A stretch of 64,000 nt of DNA from Octopus bimaculoides (lineage: Eukaryota). Both the position numbers and the translations under genes were made by a program. Location: the NCBI RefSeq assembly GCF_001194135.2, contig NC_068982.1:157150506-157214505 (forward strand). Reading direction: 5' to 3'. Below, piece by piece: positions 1 through 10,785 of this stretch (the stretch's first letter is position 1; each line of letters starts with the position of its first letter). The notes beneath the pieces are model-generated. The model was not told the origin of the DNA and searched no databases. It saw nothing but the letters and a program-made list of their open reading frames with translations.

Positions 1-1190
1 TGCTCAATAATAAAAATGAAACGGTCTGGATTTTCTGTTATCCTGAGTGCAGTAAATGGAAGTTGCCTTATCCGATGTTTTAAGAGACGTATCCAGTATT
101 CAATGCATCAGAGACTACGGGTCTGTCTACTCGGTGTTTAGAACAGAACAGAGATGGATGAGGCAAACGGAAATTCTGATGGAATACATGCAAATACACC
201 CCAACATTTGTACCTCATTCTTTAGGTAAAATAATACAAGGCTTATGGTCAGAGGCAAAGCCATGATATTGATACTTGGCTTGTTGTCATTTGAGTGTCA
301 CAGTATGGTTTAGCGATCAGTTTAGAAATATAAGAAAAGACTGGCTCAAGATTAGCTCTTATTTCTAGCAATGTATATTCCGTACCCGCTATTTATTTTT
401 TTTTAATGAAACGGAGTTTTGTTTTAAGGAAGTCAGGTGAAATGAATAACATTTATAATTTTTTAGGTAAAAGCCTATTTGATGCTTGATCCGAGATAAG
501 AATCTCGCTTAAAACGTTGCTCGCCAGTTGTTCAAGATGCTAAATTCAAATTCATCGGATCAGTTCATAGCTAGCTGAGGAACTGACAGTAAGATGCTGT
601 CTAAAGGTCTCGCTTTGAAAGCGTTTAATATTGAGAAAATTTGGATCTCTAAACAATAGAAAAAGAGAAATTGTTCTCGGTAGCAATCATAATAGCCTTA
701 CTTAACAAGTATGAAACTTAAACTTTCTCCAGTTCAATGGTTTCGTATGCAGCACTCAGATGATCTGGGTTTATTTCATCCTCAACTAGATGTAAGTAGA
801 TGATGAGGGGATCTATGGTGACCTTCCACAATCACCTAGAATATTTTGTTACTGAGCATTGTCACCATCATCCGCATTTGCTATATGTTCCTCATATGGG
901 AAAACACTTATTTTCGGATGACCTATGGCCGTCCTACCAGATCATGTTACACTATCCTGTTGGATGAAATTTGACCCGTGACTGCTGATGAGCTCATAAC
1001 ATTCATGATGGAACGAAATATGTGGAGATTATCCGTGGTCGATGCAAGTCAAGTTCAATCCGATTACTAATGATGCTGGTCTTTTGTGCAAAAAGTATAC
1101 TTGACAAAAGATGATCCATATTATAAAGATAGTCTCGGGAAATCCGATGTAATCAATAGAGTCTGCTGCTTTTCATTTCTATTCTTTTCA
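1..1190 (-). mobile_element. Heavily decayed L1-clade (Tx1-like) non-LTR retrotransposon ORF2 relic
   Basis: Manual minus-strand translation across frameshifts gives L1/Tx1 RT-like motifs in the expected order: PRLSL-NMD..LLSSIL (~1100-1140, cf. RPISLLNxDYKIL), DNLHIFRSIM (~1010-1034), ANADD-VTMLS (~855-882), EINPD (~765-785) and SILNNWRATF*ARFLSRI (~490-545). There are many stops and deletions. Confidence 0.45.
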
Positions 1191-1905
1191 ATCTTAATAT
1201 AACCCTGACTGCAATATGTATTTTTCACCCCTTAAAGAGGTAGAACGTCTGAAACGAATTTGATTGAGATTTCTAACAGGCCGTGCTACGAATAAGAAGA
1301 GGCTGCCACATTCGATTGAAAAATATTTGTTAATAATCTGTGGTAGTGGGGAAAATATTTGGGAATGAATTTGGGCGTAGTGAGAGGCGTGTTATAATCT
1401 AACCGATGACACCTTGTTTGTTTCACATCAAACGTGAGACGAATTTAAAAGCTGAAGAATTGTTTATCTGATAATCTAATTAGAAACTGGTTTTCATCAA
1501 AGAACAATGAATTTGATTCAATATGTTACTATTTCAAAAACACTTTTATCTCCTTCCATTTTCTGTGTTGGTTTACATATATAATTGTATGTACGTATAT
1601 ATGTATGAAGTTCGTAAACATGTATGATATATATTTATATATATATATTTGTTCATACGTTTATAAGTGAGTGTGTGCCTGTATGTATGTATATGTGTAG
1701 CTGTGTATATCACATTCACTTATTTTTACTTTGCAAAGAAAATTAAGAAACATACACCTTGTAGATCAACTCTTGTTAGTCCAAAGTAACAAGATCAAAA
1801 ATGGTGTTACTGAAATTTTATAGTGCTCCAAAGCGACATATAAACACGCAAACAGTAATAACCTCATCAAAAAAACGGAAAAGAAACAACGCACAGACAC
1901 ATATA

Positions 1906-2161
1906 CATTCTTTTTCTTTTATTTGTTTCACTCATTTGACTGCGGCCATGCTGGAGCACCACCTTTAGTCGAGCAAATCAATCTCAGGACTTGTTCTTTA
2001 TCAGTCTAGTACTTACTCTATCGTCGTCTTTTGCCGAACCGCTAAGTTACGGGGACGTAAACACACCAGCATCGGTTGTCAAGCGGTCTTGGGGAGGGGA
2101 CAAATACAGACACCCAAACATATACATACACATACATACATACATACATACATACATACTT

Positions 2162-2212
<51 letters not shown>

Positions 2213-2396
2213 CACACACACGCACATATATACGACAGGCTTCTTTCAGTTTCCGTCTGCCAAATCCACTCAGAAGGCTTTGGTCGGCCCGTGGCTATAA
2301 TAGAAGACGCTTGGCCAAGGAGCCACGCAGTGGGACTGAACCTGTAATCATGTGGTCGGTAAGCAAGATACTTACCACACAGCCACTCCTGCGCCT
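1906..2396 (-). mobile_element. Full-length tRNA-derived SINE, family A, with internal (TA/CA/CATA) microsatellite
   Basis: The minus strand begins AGGCGCAGGAGTGGCTGTGTGGTAAG (A-box-like) and has a B-box-like GGTTCAGTCCC and a CORE-like CTTGGCCAAGCGTCTTCT. These are followed by the internal microsatellite (2120-2232), a conserved 3' body and an AAAAGA-type tail. Homologous copies lie at 22128, 51913 and 61804. Confidence 0.85.
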
Positions 2397-2990
2397 TGTG
2401 TACTTCTTATCGACNNNNNNNNNNNNNNNNNNNNNNNNNNNNNNNNNNNNNNNNNNNNNNNNNNNNNNNNNNNNNNNNNNNNNNNNNNNNNNNNNNNNNN
2501 NNNNNNNNNNNNNNNNNNNNNNNNNNNNNNNNNNNNNNNNNNNNNNNNNNNNNNNNNNNNNNNNNNNNNNNNNNNNNNNNNNNNNNNNNNNNNNNNNNNN
2601 NNNNNNNNNNNNNNNNNNNNNNNNNNNNNNNNNNNNNNNNNNNNNNNNNNNNNNNNNNNNNNNNNNNNNNNNNNNNNNNNNNNNNNNNNNNNNNNNNNNN
2701 NNNNNNNNNNNNNNNNNNNNNNNNNNNNNNNNNNNNNNNNNNNNNNNNNNNNNNNNNNNNNNNNNNNNNNNNNNNNNNNNNNNNNNNNNNNNNNNNNNNN
2801 NNNNNNNNNNNNNNNNNNNNNNNNNNNNNNNNNNNNNNNNNNNNNNNNNNNNNNNNNNNNNNNNNNNNNNNNNNNNNNNNNNNNNNNNNNNNNNNNNNNN
2901 NNNNNNNNNNNNNNNNNNNNNNNNNNNNNNNNNNNNNNNNNNNNNNNNNNNNNNNNNNNNNNNNNNNNNNNNNNNNNNNNNNNNNNNNNT

Positions 2991-3024
2991 ACACATACAT
3001 ACATACATACATACATACATACTT

Positions 3025-3078
<54 letters not shown>

Positions 3079-3237
3079 GCGACAGGCTTCTTTCAGTTTC
3101 CGTCTACCAAATCCACTCACAAGGCATTGGTCAGCTCGAGGCTATAGAAGAAGACACTTGCCCAAGGTGCCACGCAGTGGGACTGAACCCGGAACCATGT
3201 GGTTGGTAAGCAAGCTACTTACCACACAGCCATACTG
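2991..3237 (-). mobile_element. SINE family A 5' head plus internal microsatellite (3' part lost in N gap)
   Basis: 3077-3237 aligns to 2232-2396 with scattered substitutions. Confidence 0.8.
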
Positions 3238-3912
3238 CCGTGTAAATAACTAAAAGGATGCATTAATTTTCTATATAAGATTGTATGGTCACGGGTGGAA
3301 CGTATATCCATCATACTGAGTATAGGCTTGCACGCTCAACGCTGACTTGGAGTTAAACAACATCAGCAAACACTTCTTCCCACTCTATCCTACAATCTAC
3401 TTTTCACCTCCCACTGTCTAACCCCTACATACCTCTGAGTTACTGTCCCACACAATTATTAACTCGCTACTGACTGGGGAGAAGAATTATAACAGTACGG
3501 ACAGCAAAGGACCGCCCATTCCTCACTGGAGCACATCTGCCAGTAGCAGTCAGTCACCACTCCTTCACAACAGAGAGAGAAACTCTGTGTAAGTGGTGGT
3601 GATGGTGGTGGTAATGAGGGGTACAGAGGCACTGAGGGATATAAGCCTGCTGCATGAATGTGTGAAGTGCTATTTTATGCACGTCATTCTATGTGTGTGC
3701 GTGTGTGCGTAGCTGTATGCTTTTACTGTGCGTTGAAGCGTTAGGGTGTTTATGCTCGTGTATTTTTATAGGTTGGTGTTTCTGTGGACATACTTTTATG
3801 TACATATGCGTGTCTGTTTGTCGGCGTATGTTTATTTAGGTGCCTGTGTAGGTGTGTGTTTGCTTTACGAGTGCTTGTGTGTGCGTGTATTTGAGAGTAT
3901 TTGTGTTTGTGT

Positions 3913-3960
<48 letters not shown>

Positions 3961-4565
3961 GCGTGTGTGTGCGAATGTGTATGTGTGTACGTAGTTTATT
4001 TCGGTTAATATTCATGTTTTGTTGTTTAGATCCAAGTCGACTTTCCTGGAGAAGACGGGACATGAAACGTGTTTCAGCCGTGNNNNNNNNNNNNNNNNNN
4101 NNNNNNNNNNNNNNNNNNNNNNNNNNNNNNNNNNNNNNNNNNNNNNNNNNNNNNNNNNNNNNNNNNNNNNNNNNNNNNNNNNNNNNNNNNNNNNNNNNNN
4201 NNNNNNNNNNNNNNNNNNNNNNNNNNNNNNNNNNNNNNNNNNNNNNNNNNNNNNNNNNNNNNNNNNNNNNNNNNNNNNNNNNNNNNNNNNNNNNNNNNNN
4301 NNNNNNNNNNNNNNNNNNNNNNNNNNNNNNNNNNNNNNNNNNNNNNNNNNNNNNNNNNNNNNNNNNNNNNNNNNNNNNNNNNNNNNNNNNNNNNNNNNAT
4401 ATATATATATATATATATATATATACGTGACTAGGGTGTTAAGAAACACCTTCATTGCAAGAAATAAGAGCTAAAATGCTCTATTGCTGTATTTAACGCA
4501 CATGAATGAAAACATATACACTAACAAGGACCATAATTGTCCGAAAAATGCCGACCGAGAATTCT

Positions 4566-4612
4566 TAATTCTGACGTCAGTTTCGGCAATTTCCGTTGCA
4601 TTATCTGTGAAG
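4566..4612 (-). other. Degenerate type-I hammerhead-like motif (Penelope terminal-repeat relic)
   Basis: The minus strand reads CTTCA-CAGATAA-T-GCAA-CGGAAA-TTGC-C-GAAAC-TGAC-GTC-AGAA. Stem II and GAAAC..GTC are intact, but the core has two changes from CTGANGA. Confidence 0.4.
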
Positions 4613-5221
4613 CCCACTCAATTCTTCGGCCTTTTCTGGACTTGATTCTCTATTAGTATACATGTTTCCGTCATCCTAATTAATCGATGATTCGCTAATG
4701 TATAAACATACAATTAATAGCAGCCAAATGAGTGAAACAAATAAAAGAAAAAGAATGTATATGTGTGTGTGCCTTGTTTCTTTTCCGTTTCTTTGATGTG
4801 GTTGTTGCTGTTTGCGTGTTTGTATGTCGCTTTGGAGCACTATAAAATTTCAGTAACACCATTTTTAATCTTATTACTTTGGAGTAACAAGAATTGATCT
4901 ACAGATCCTTAATTTTCTTTGCAAAGTAAAAATAAGCAGCATTGGTGTTTAAATTATTATCGAAAACACATTCGGTTAAGGAACGTGATGTTGATAAGCC
5001 ACAAAAATATCGAAACATCGATGCCCATCATTACTAAATGGGATTTCGGTGAGGTTTCTTGACTCTTTATGACTTTTTGCTGTTTTAACACAGACTTTTG
5101 AGAGAATTTTCTTCGCTGCGTCAAATAGCAGTCTAACGGTGAGCAAGGAAGGCACCTATATGGAATATGTGTGTTCGATTATGTTTAAAGCACCAACTCT
5201 GCTTGAGATATATATACAAAC

Positions 5222-5370
5222 TTACATCTCTCTCTTTCCCTCTTTCTCTCTTTCCCTCTTTCTCTTTTTCCCTCTTTCTCTCTTTCCCTCTTNNNNNNNN
5301 NNCTTTCCCTCTTTCTCTTTTTCCCTCTTTCTCTCTTTCCCTCTTTCTCTCTTTCCCTCTTTCTCTCTTT
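5222..5370. repeat. Pure-pyrimidine tandem repeat (~18-20 bp unit CTTTCCCTCTTTCTCT..)
   Basis: Directly visible repeated unit, interrupted by a 10-N gap. Confidence 0.85.
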
Positions 5371-5733
5371 ATATATATATATCTATATATATATACATAC
5401 ACACACACACATACATACTAACATACATGAATACATACATATATAATAATCGATTAAGGGAAGAGGAAATGGATTTAGTATTAATCTTATTCTGTAAGAT
5501 GATCGTTTTGACCCATGCTGTGACTGCCCTTTACGGGTGGAATATTGTGCATCATATTGTAGTCCATCAATTTTGCAGTATGGGTCACGTCAGGTCCATG
5601 CATACATAAAGTGGTGTACCTGAAGTAGATCCAACGGAAATATACACGAACTGCTGATGACACCCGGTAGCCAAAACTGCGTTAGTGCTTTACTCAACAC
5701 ATCACCACTCTAATAGACCCATTAGTCGCAAAA

Positions 5734-5779
<46 letters not shown>

Positions 5780-6001
5780 GTATGTATATGTATGTATGTA
5801 TACACACACACACACACACATACACACACTCATACACGAGCAACGGAACGAACGAAAGTATGTGGCACTCAACGCGTTTGGTAGGAGTTGCTATATTGTT
5901 TTAAAATAATTTGATTCGGTGCCATGCAACTTCGACTTTGGTTTGACGAATCTACGAAGCTCGAAGCCGCATGGTTTCGAATCAAGCAGTTACTAAACAA
6001 G

Positions 6002-6053
<52 letters not shown>

Positions 6054-6989
6054 CTCTGTCTATCTATATCATCAGCTTCCATCCTTCTCACAGAACAAAA
6101 AAGGAATTGAGAAAAAGATACAAAAATAAAATATAAAATTGCGCTTTCCTTTCATTGCGTTTATCCTTACTGTTTTGTTTTTTATTTGTTTTTCTTTATC
6201 TTTTCGAAAAACCTTTGGACGATTACTCCGATAGCATCGGTGCTATTTTAGCACCAAAACCAATAATTTCTCAACTGAATACCGCTCCCCTTCCTCTACA
6301 TCTCTCTTTTTTCTCTTTTTCTCAATCTCTCCTTCCTTTCTCGTTCAATTTAACTCAATCTGTGACTTTGTTTTACACGTTTTTGTCTTTTGTTTTTCAT
6401 TAATTTCTTTTCATATTTTTTCTCTTACTGTATCGTTTCCTCTATATATACCTGTGTGAAGTGTGTCTGTGTGTGTGCATGTGTGTGTGTGTGTCTGCGT
6501 GTGTGAGTATGTGTGTATGTGTGTATTCTTTCGCTCTCGTACAAGGATCACGTCACAGCACCATTTCCTACTTCTATTACGAAACAGTAAATGCTAGTAG
6601 GTGACATGTTCATACTACTAAACCAGCTAACTTAGCTTGCTTGCTGGCTGGTTGCTTAGTTGGGACATTGGTGAATTAGTTGGCTGTACACAAACAGATG
6701 GCGGCTAACGTAAGGTGTGAACTACTATCCGACATAAGGGTAGTTGAGTGTGTGATTGTACACAAGTAAAGTAGTGAAATCATATAAACAATGAAGAAAT
6801 GGCAAGATATATTTACCCTTGACATATTAAAACAAAACCTGGTTGCTTTTGTTTTTGACATTACTGCTTTGTTTAAGCCGGCTCAGTATTAAACCAGCAT
6901 AATCCAGTGTACTGCAGCCATCAAGGATCGTCGACATCTTGCGAATGCATGATTTGGATATAATTATCCGAGATACGTCACTCTACAGT

Positions 6990-7095
6990 TTTTGGCTGGA
7001 TGGATTGGAGCCATGTGAAATGCAATGTGTTACAGCAAGCAAACAATTAGATGTCCGATCGGGAAATCGATCCCAGGACCTTACTATCGTCAGAT
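6990..7095 (-). mobile_element. Degenerate tRNA-derived SINE head fragment (other family)
   Basis: GGAAATCGATCCCAGGACCTTACTATCGT is the reverse complement of a B-box-containing tRNA-like head, preceded by a GGAGCCATGTGAAAT body segment. Confidence 0.45.
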
Positions 7096-7230
7096 AAAGA
7101 TATAAAAATATAAATAAAAAGACATCTTAATCAGTATCTTCACACTGAAACAGCTGTAATATGAAAAAGCTATGCATTGACTAAAATGAATGGCAAATAT
7201 TTAAAAATTATTTTTAGTAACATGGTGAAA

Positions 7231-7810
7231 AACCTTGGCGCATGTTTCAGACTTTACACGGCATCGTCAGTTAAGCATAAACTTCACTATCCTCAGTAAA
7301 GATCGTTTTTATATGAACATGTGAAACAATGCTCATATCAATTGGTTTCGAGAAATAGAATTCTTTTGTGTCATTTGTATATAACCCCTACCAAAAATAA
7401 TGATATTTACATAATGAATATGACATATCATGAACTATCATAATAAATATATCTAGGAGTAGTCATGCAATGAGGGATCAACAATAATATTTTCATTCTC
7501 CTACAATATAAATTAAATCGCAACCAATATTAATTAATGTTTTAAATTTTTACCAAACGGTCTATTATAGAGATTTTTGTGGATTATATCTGTCTTTTAA
7601 GAAATTAGTTCAGCGCCATTGGAAATTTTATCAGGAATGTTTAATTCGATGAAGATGTTATAGCTGGCTTCTTTTAATTAATTTATTTCTTTTTCCATAT
7701 TTCCGTAGACCGTTTATTTATTGTATTTCCGATTCACTTAAATATGATTCCAGTCGCAAACAGGTTTATAGAATCTAGTGTTTCAATCCAAAATCTTGAC
7801 ATTGTTTCAA
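7231..7810 (-). mobile_element. Penelope-like element 3' relic (endonuclease C-terminus plus terminal repeat with hammerhead relic)
   Basis: The minus frame at ~7750-7810 gives SRFWIETLDSINL (cf. GIY-YIG C-terminal ExFWIxTLxT). Downstream on the same strand is CTGACGA..GAAAC ATGC GCC (7231-7276). Confidence 0.35.
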
Positions 7811-7949
7811 TACTAGGATCATGAAATCGTGTGAACGTCACTATCTATTAGGTTATGATGAAAGTTCTGTCCATTTTTAAGGCACACTAAAACAATAACA
7901 GAAAATTTTAGAAACAATAAATAAGTAAATGAGGGGAAACCGAACCGGT

Positions 7950-8830
7950 GAATGTGTTAAGTAATAAGTTACTAAAAGAGCATGACTCCCCAGACACAAT
8001 AAAATAGCTGATTTATTTAATCATTAATATAGTCACCGTTCTTCTTTATGACATCTTTCCATTTCATTAAATTCCTTAGGTTTAGAAGGAAAAAAGAAAT
8101 CAACTATTTCCGACATCTGGTCTTGGAGAAAGTCTAAATCCACTCAAATGATTTTGTAAACTTCGAAAGAAATGGTAATCTATGGGTGCGAGACCCGGCG
8201 AATACGGTGGATGATACATAATTACCCAGGCTTACTTTTCCAAGAGAACTTTGGTCTCGCGTTATCATGATGAAAGATGACTCCTTCAAATGTGATAGCT
8301 GTTGGCAGTATACATCTGCTGTTATTGTTTAATTATTGTCTAGCCGTTAGTGATGAACTATTTCACGCATATCTCATCGTACACTCAAAAGTATCTTCCT
8401 TGCGGGCTGGCCACTCCTGGTCTGCTGATCTAGATCTTCACTACGACTGAGCCACTAACGTTTTCGCTTAATATTATGCTAAAGTATCCGCTTTTCATCT
8501 CCGGTAATAACTCTATTCCAAAAGAGCATCTGCAGCTCACTAGGTCGCAATGATGCACAGCAGTCAACACAAGGTTTGCGATTGTGTGCAGAGAGATCAT
8601 GCCGAACCCATTTACCAGCCTTTGACACTTTATCAACTTTTTCAGTTCACGATGAATGGTGGTATGGCTCACTGGAAACACACCCAAAGCCCGACACATT
8701 CCGATGCTGCTGTCCGTATCACATTTTACAGCTCTTACAGTGTTTACAGAAAATTGAGCAGCAATGATGCCGGCATTTTGACAACTGTATATAATCATCA
8801 TGATACAGGTAACTCTTTCCCATTATTCAG
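7950..8830 (-). mobile_element. Mariner (Tc1/mariner) transposase pseudogene
   Basis: Minus-strand motifs occur in order: SHTTIHRELKK (HTH), KAGKWVRHDL (8593-8620, WVPHEL-type), RVITGDEK (8491-8514), GVIFHHDNARP (8252-8285) and HPPYSPGLAPIDYHFFRSLQNHL (~8150-8215). Several stops, frameshifts and internal deletions are present. Confidence 0.92.
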
Positions 8831-8949
8831 ATAGCTTACAATCCTTAAGACTCGACTTTAGTCTTATGCTCTCCGACGCCGTTGACTCTTCATCAATACT
8901 TCAAGCTGTTCTTGAAAAAAAAAGAATAAAAATTATCAAGTTACATAAT

Positions 8950-9030
8950 AGAACCCACTTATCCAAGGTACCACGCTGTGGGACCGAGCTCAAAACTATA
9001 TCGTTGCAAATCTAGCTTCTTAACCACGCC
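8950..9030 (-). mobile_element. Old SINE head fragment (family A-related)
   Basis: CCAAGGTACCACGCTGTGGGACCGAGCTC..CTTCTTAACCAC resembles the family A head in reverse. Confidence 0.55.
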
Positions 9031-9597
9031 TACACCGATTCTATTTTGCTGATACTTAATATCAATTCGTAAAATTATATCATATACAAATATGTTAAAC
9101 ATTGAAGTTTACTCTATCAAAGAAGTAAAAGCTGTTTCTCTAATGTAAAGCATAGTTATTTTATTATTATACTGTCATTAACAATTTTGATAGAGGAAAT
9201 TTTTCTCTGAGTCGAAAATCAATAGCTATTTAAATCTACCATGCAATTAATCTATTAGTCATGTTCATTATCGCCTTTAAAATAAAATAAAAATCCTAAA
9301 AAATAAATGAATAAATTTGAAATCATTTAATTTTGATCAAACTCAGAATATTCATTCACTCACAACTCCAACACACATGCACACACCTAAACAACCATTA
9401 TGTAATTAGAAAGTACCCAACATTGATGTTTGCGTTAAGTTTCCATAATTGTCAAAAATGAAATGGAAGTTAAATATTTTAAAAATATTTTCTGTGAAAT
9501 TTTAACACAAAAGTAAAATATTGAGAAACATATTAAATGTTATCTAAACGAATCCACAGTTTCCAATATCGCCAGAGTGTAGGATATGATGAATTTA

Positions 9598-9643
<46 letters not shown>

Positions 9644-9728
9644 AAAGATGAAGACGGGTGTGTAAACAACAAACAGATGTATTAATTTAGAATTCCTCGC
9701 TATATATGTTCTGATACTCAACGTTCTG

Positions 9729-10120
9729 GGTGAAGGCGCAATGACCCAGTGGTTAGGGCAGCGGACTCGCGGTCATAGGATCGCGGTTTCGATTCCCAGA
9801 CCGGGCGTTGTGAGTGCTTATTGAGCGAAAACACCTAAAAGCTCCACGAGGCTCCGGCAGGGGATGGTGGCGAACCCTGCTGTACTCTTTCACCACATCT
9901 TTCTCTCACTCTTACTTCCTGTTTCTGTTGTGCCTGTAATACAAAGGGTCAGCCTTGTCACACTGTGTCACGCTGAATATCCCCGAGAACTACGTTAAGG
10001 GTACACGTGTCTGTGGAGTGCTCAGCCACTTGCACGTTAATTTCACGAGCAGGCTGTTCCGTTGATCTGATCAACTGGAACCGTCGTCGTCGTAAGTGAC
10101 GGAGTGCCAACAACAACAAC
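9729..10120 (+). mobile_element. Full-length, young tRNA-derived SINE, family C, with (CAA)n tail and 13-bp TSD
   Basis: A-box-like TGACCCAGTGGTTAGG, B-box-like GGTTTCGATTCCC and a 3' (CAA)4 tail. ACTCAACGTTCTG is present at 9716-9728 and 10119-10131. Homologous fragments lie at 25159-25255 and 49150-49320. Confidence 0.9.
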
Positions 10121-10174
10121 TCAACGTTCTGAGTTCAGTTCACGCTGAGTTCAACATTGCCTTTCATTCATTCA

Positions 10175-10692
10175 AGGTCAGGTACAGAGGCGTACACCGT
10201 TACACAGTGTTGTTGTATTCGTCCTTTTTCAATATAATCCCCATTTCCACGAGAAATCTCATCATCTACTGTGACCATGTGTCAAATGGTCGAGTTACAC
10301 GAGCGGTCAACCTAGCCGGATCCTCAGGTAAGCAGGGTATAACTCAGAAAATCGAGCAGAATGGTCAATTCTGAGCTGGCGCTCTCCGTCGTACTAGTGA
10401 TATGACGCATCCCAGTTTCCGTGTAGAGTCGTCGATTGGATACAAAATCCGATTAATGGTAAGCTATAATCCTGCGAAGCGTCCTGTTACAAAAGGTGTT
10501 CAAGCGGTTCCTAAGGACTCTGGCTAGAGTCCAAGTCTCACAATTATGGAACTAGACAGGAAAGACCAGAGACCTAAAGACTCGAGCTTTTTTCCTCTTG
10601 CACAGATATTAGTAGCACCAAGCACCCTTGTTCAATGAGTTCGCAACTGTACCAGCTCTTCTAAGTCTTTTCAGGACTTCAGACTCGCAGCA
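10175..10692 (-). mobile_element. 5'-truncated RTE-clade LINE (ORF C-terminus and 3' end)
   Basis: Minus translation: EVLKRLRRAGTVANSLNKGAWCY*YLCKRKKARVFRSLVFPV*FHNCETWTLARVLRNRLNTFCNRTLRRIIAYH*SDFVSNRRLYTETGMRHIT / ERQLRIDHSARF / RPFDTWSQ*MMRFLVEMG. This matches the RTE C-terminal pattern (CETWTL, LRRIxGY.WSDFVSN, ERQLR). It ends in an ACCTGACCT tail at 10175-10183. Confidence 0.88.
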
Positions 10693-10785
10693 ATTTGTGG
10701 AGAGAGGCCAACTGATTACATCGACTCCAGTGATAAACTAGTACTTAGTTCATCAACCCCGAAAGAATGAAAGACACAGTCGAAG
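10693..10785 (-). mobile_element. SINE family B 3' fragment
   Basis: GATTACATCGACTCCAGT..AGTACTTAGTTCATCAACCCCGAAAGAATGAAAG aligns in reverse to the copies at 24576 and 29232. Confidence 0.7.

Noticed and set aside
56-230. Plus-strand 57-aa open frame (MEVALSDV..) ending at AG|GTAAAA
   Set aside because: No recognisable family. It is better explained as antisense of the decayed L1-like relic.
2140-3237. Apparent tandem duplication of the SINE A microsatellite and head across a gap
   Set aside because: The near-identical microsatellite on both sides of an N gap suggests scaffolding or haplotype redundancy, or two ordinary copies. It cannot be resolved without long reads.
3250-3620. Complex block that might be an LTR or pLTR fragment
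   Set aside because: No second copy in the window and no diagnostic motif could be verified.
4036-4082. CTGGAGA..GAAACGTGTTTC hammerhead-like string
   Set aside because: The core is mutated, there is no stem II pairing and the sequence runs into a gap. It is too degenerate to call.
5645-5690. CTGATGA-CACCCGGTAGCC-AAAAC hammerhead-like string
   Set aside because: GAAA is absent and stem II and stem I do not close.
9735-9810. tRNA-like A/B boxes here and in other SINE heads
   Set aside because: They continue into SINE bodies and lack a complete cloverleaf, so they are not tRNA genes.
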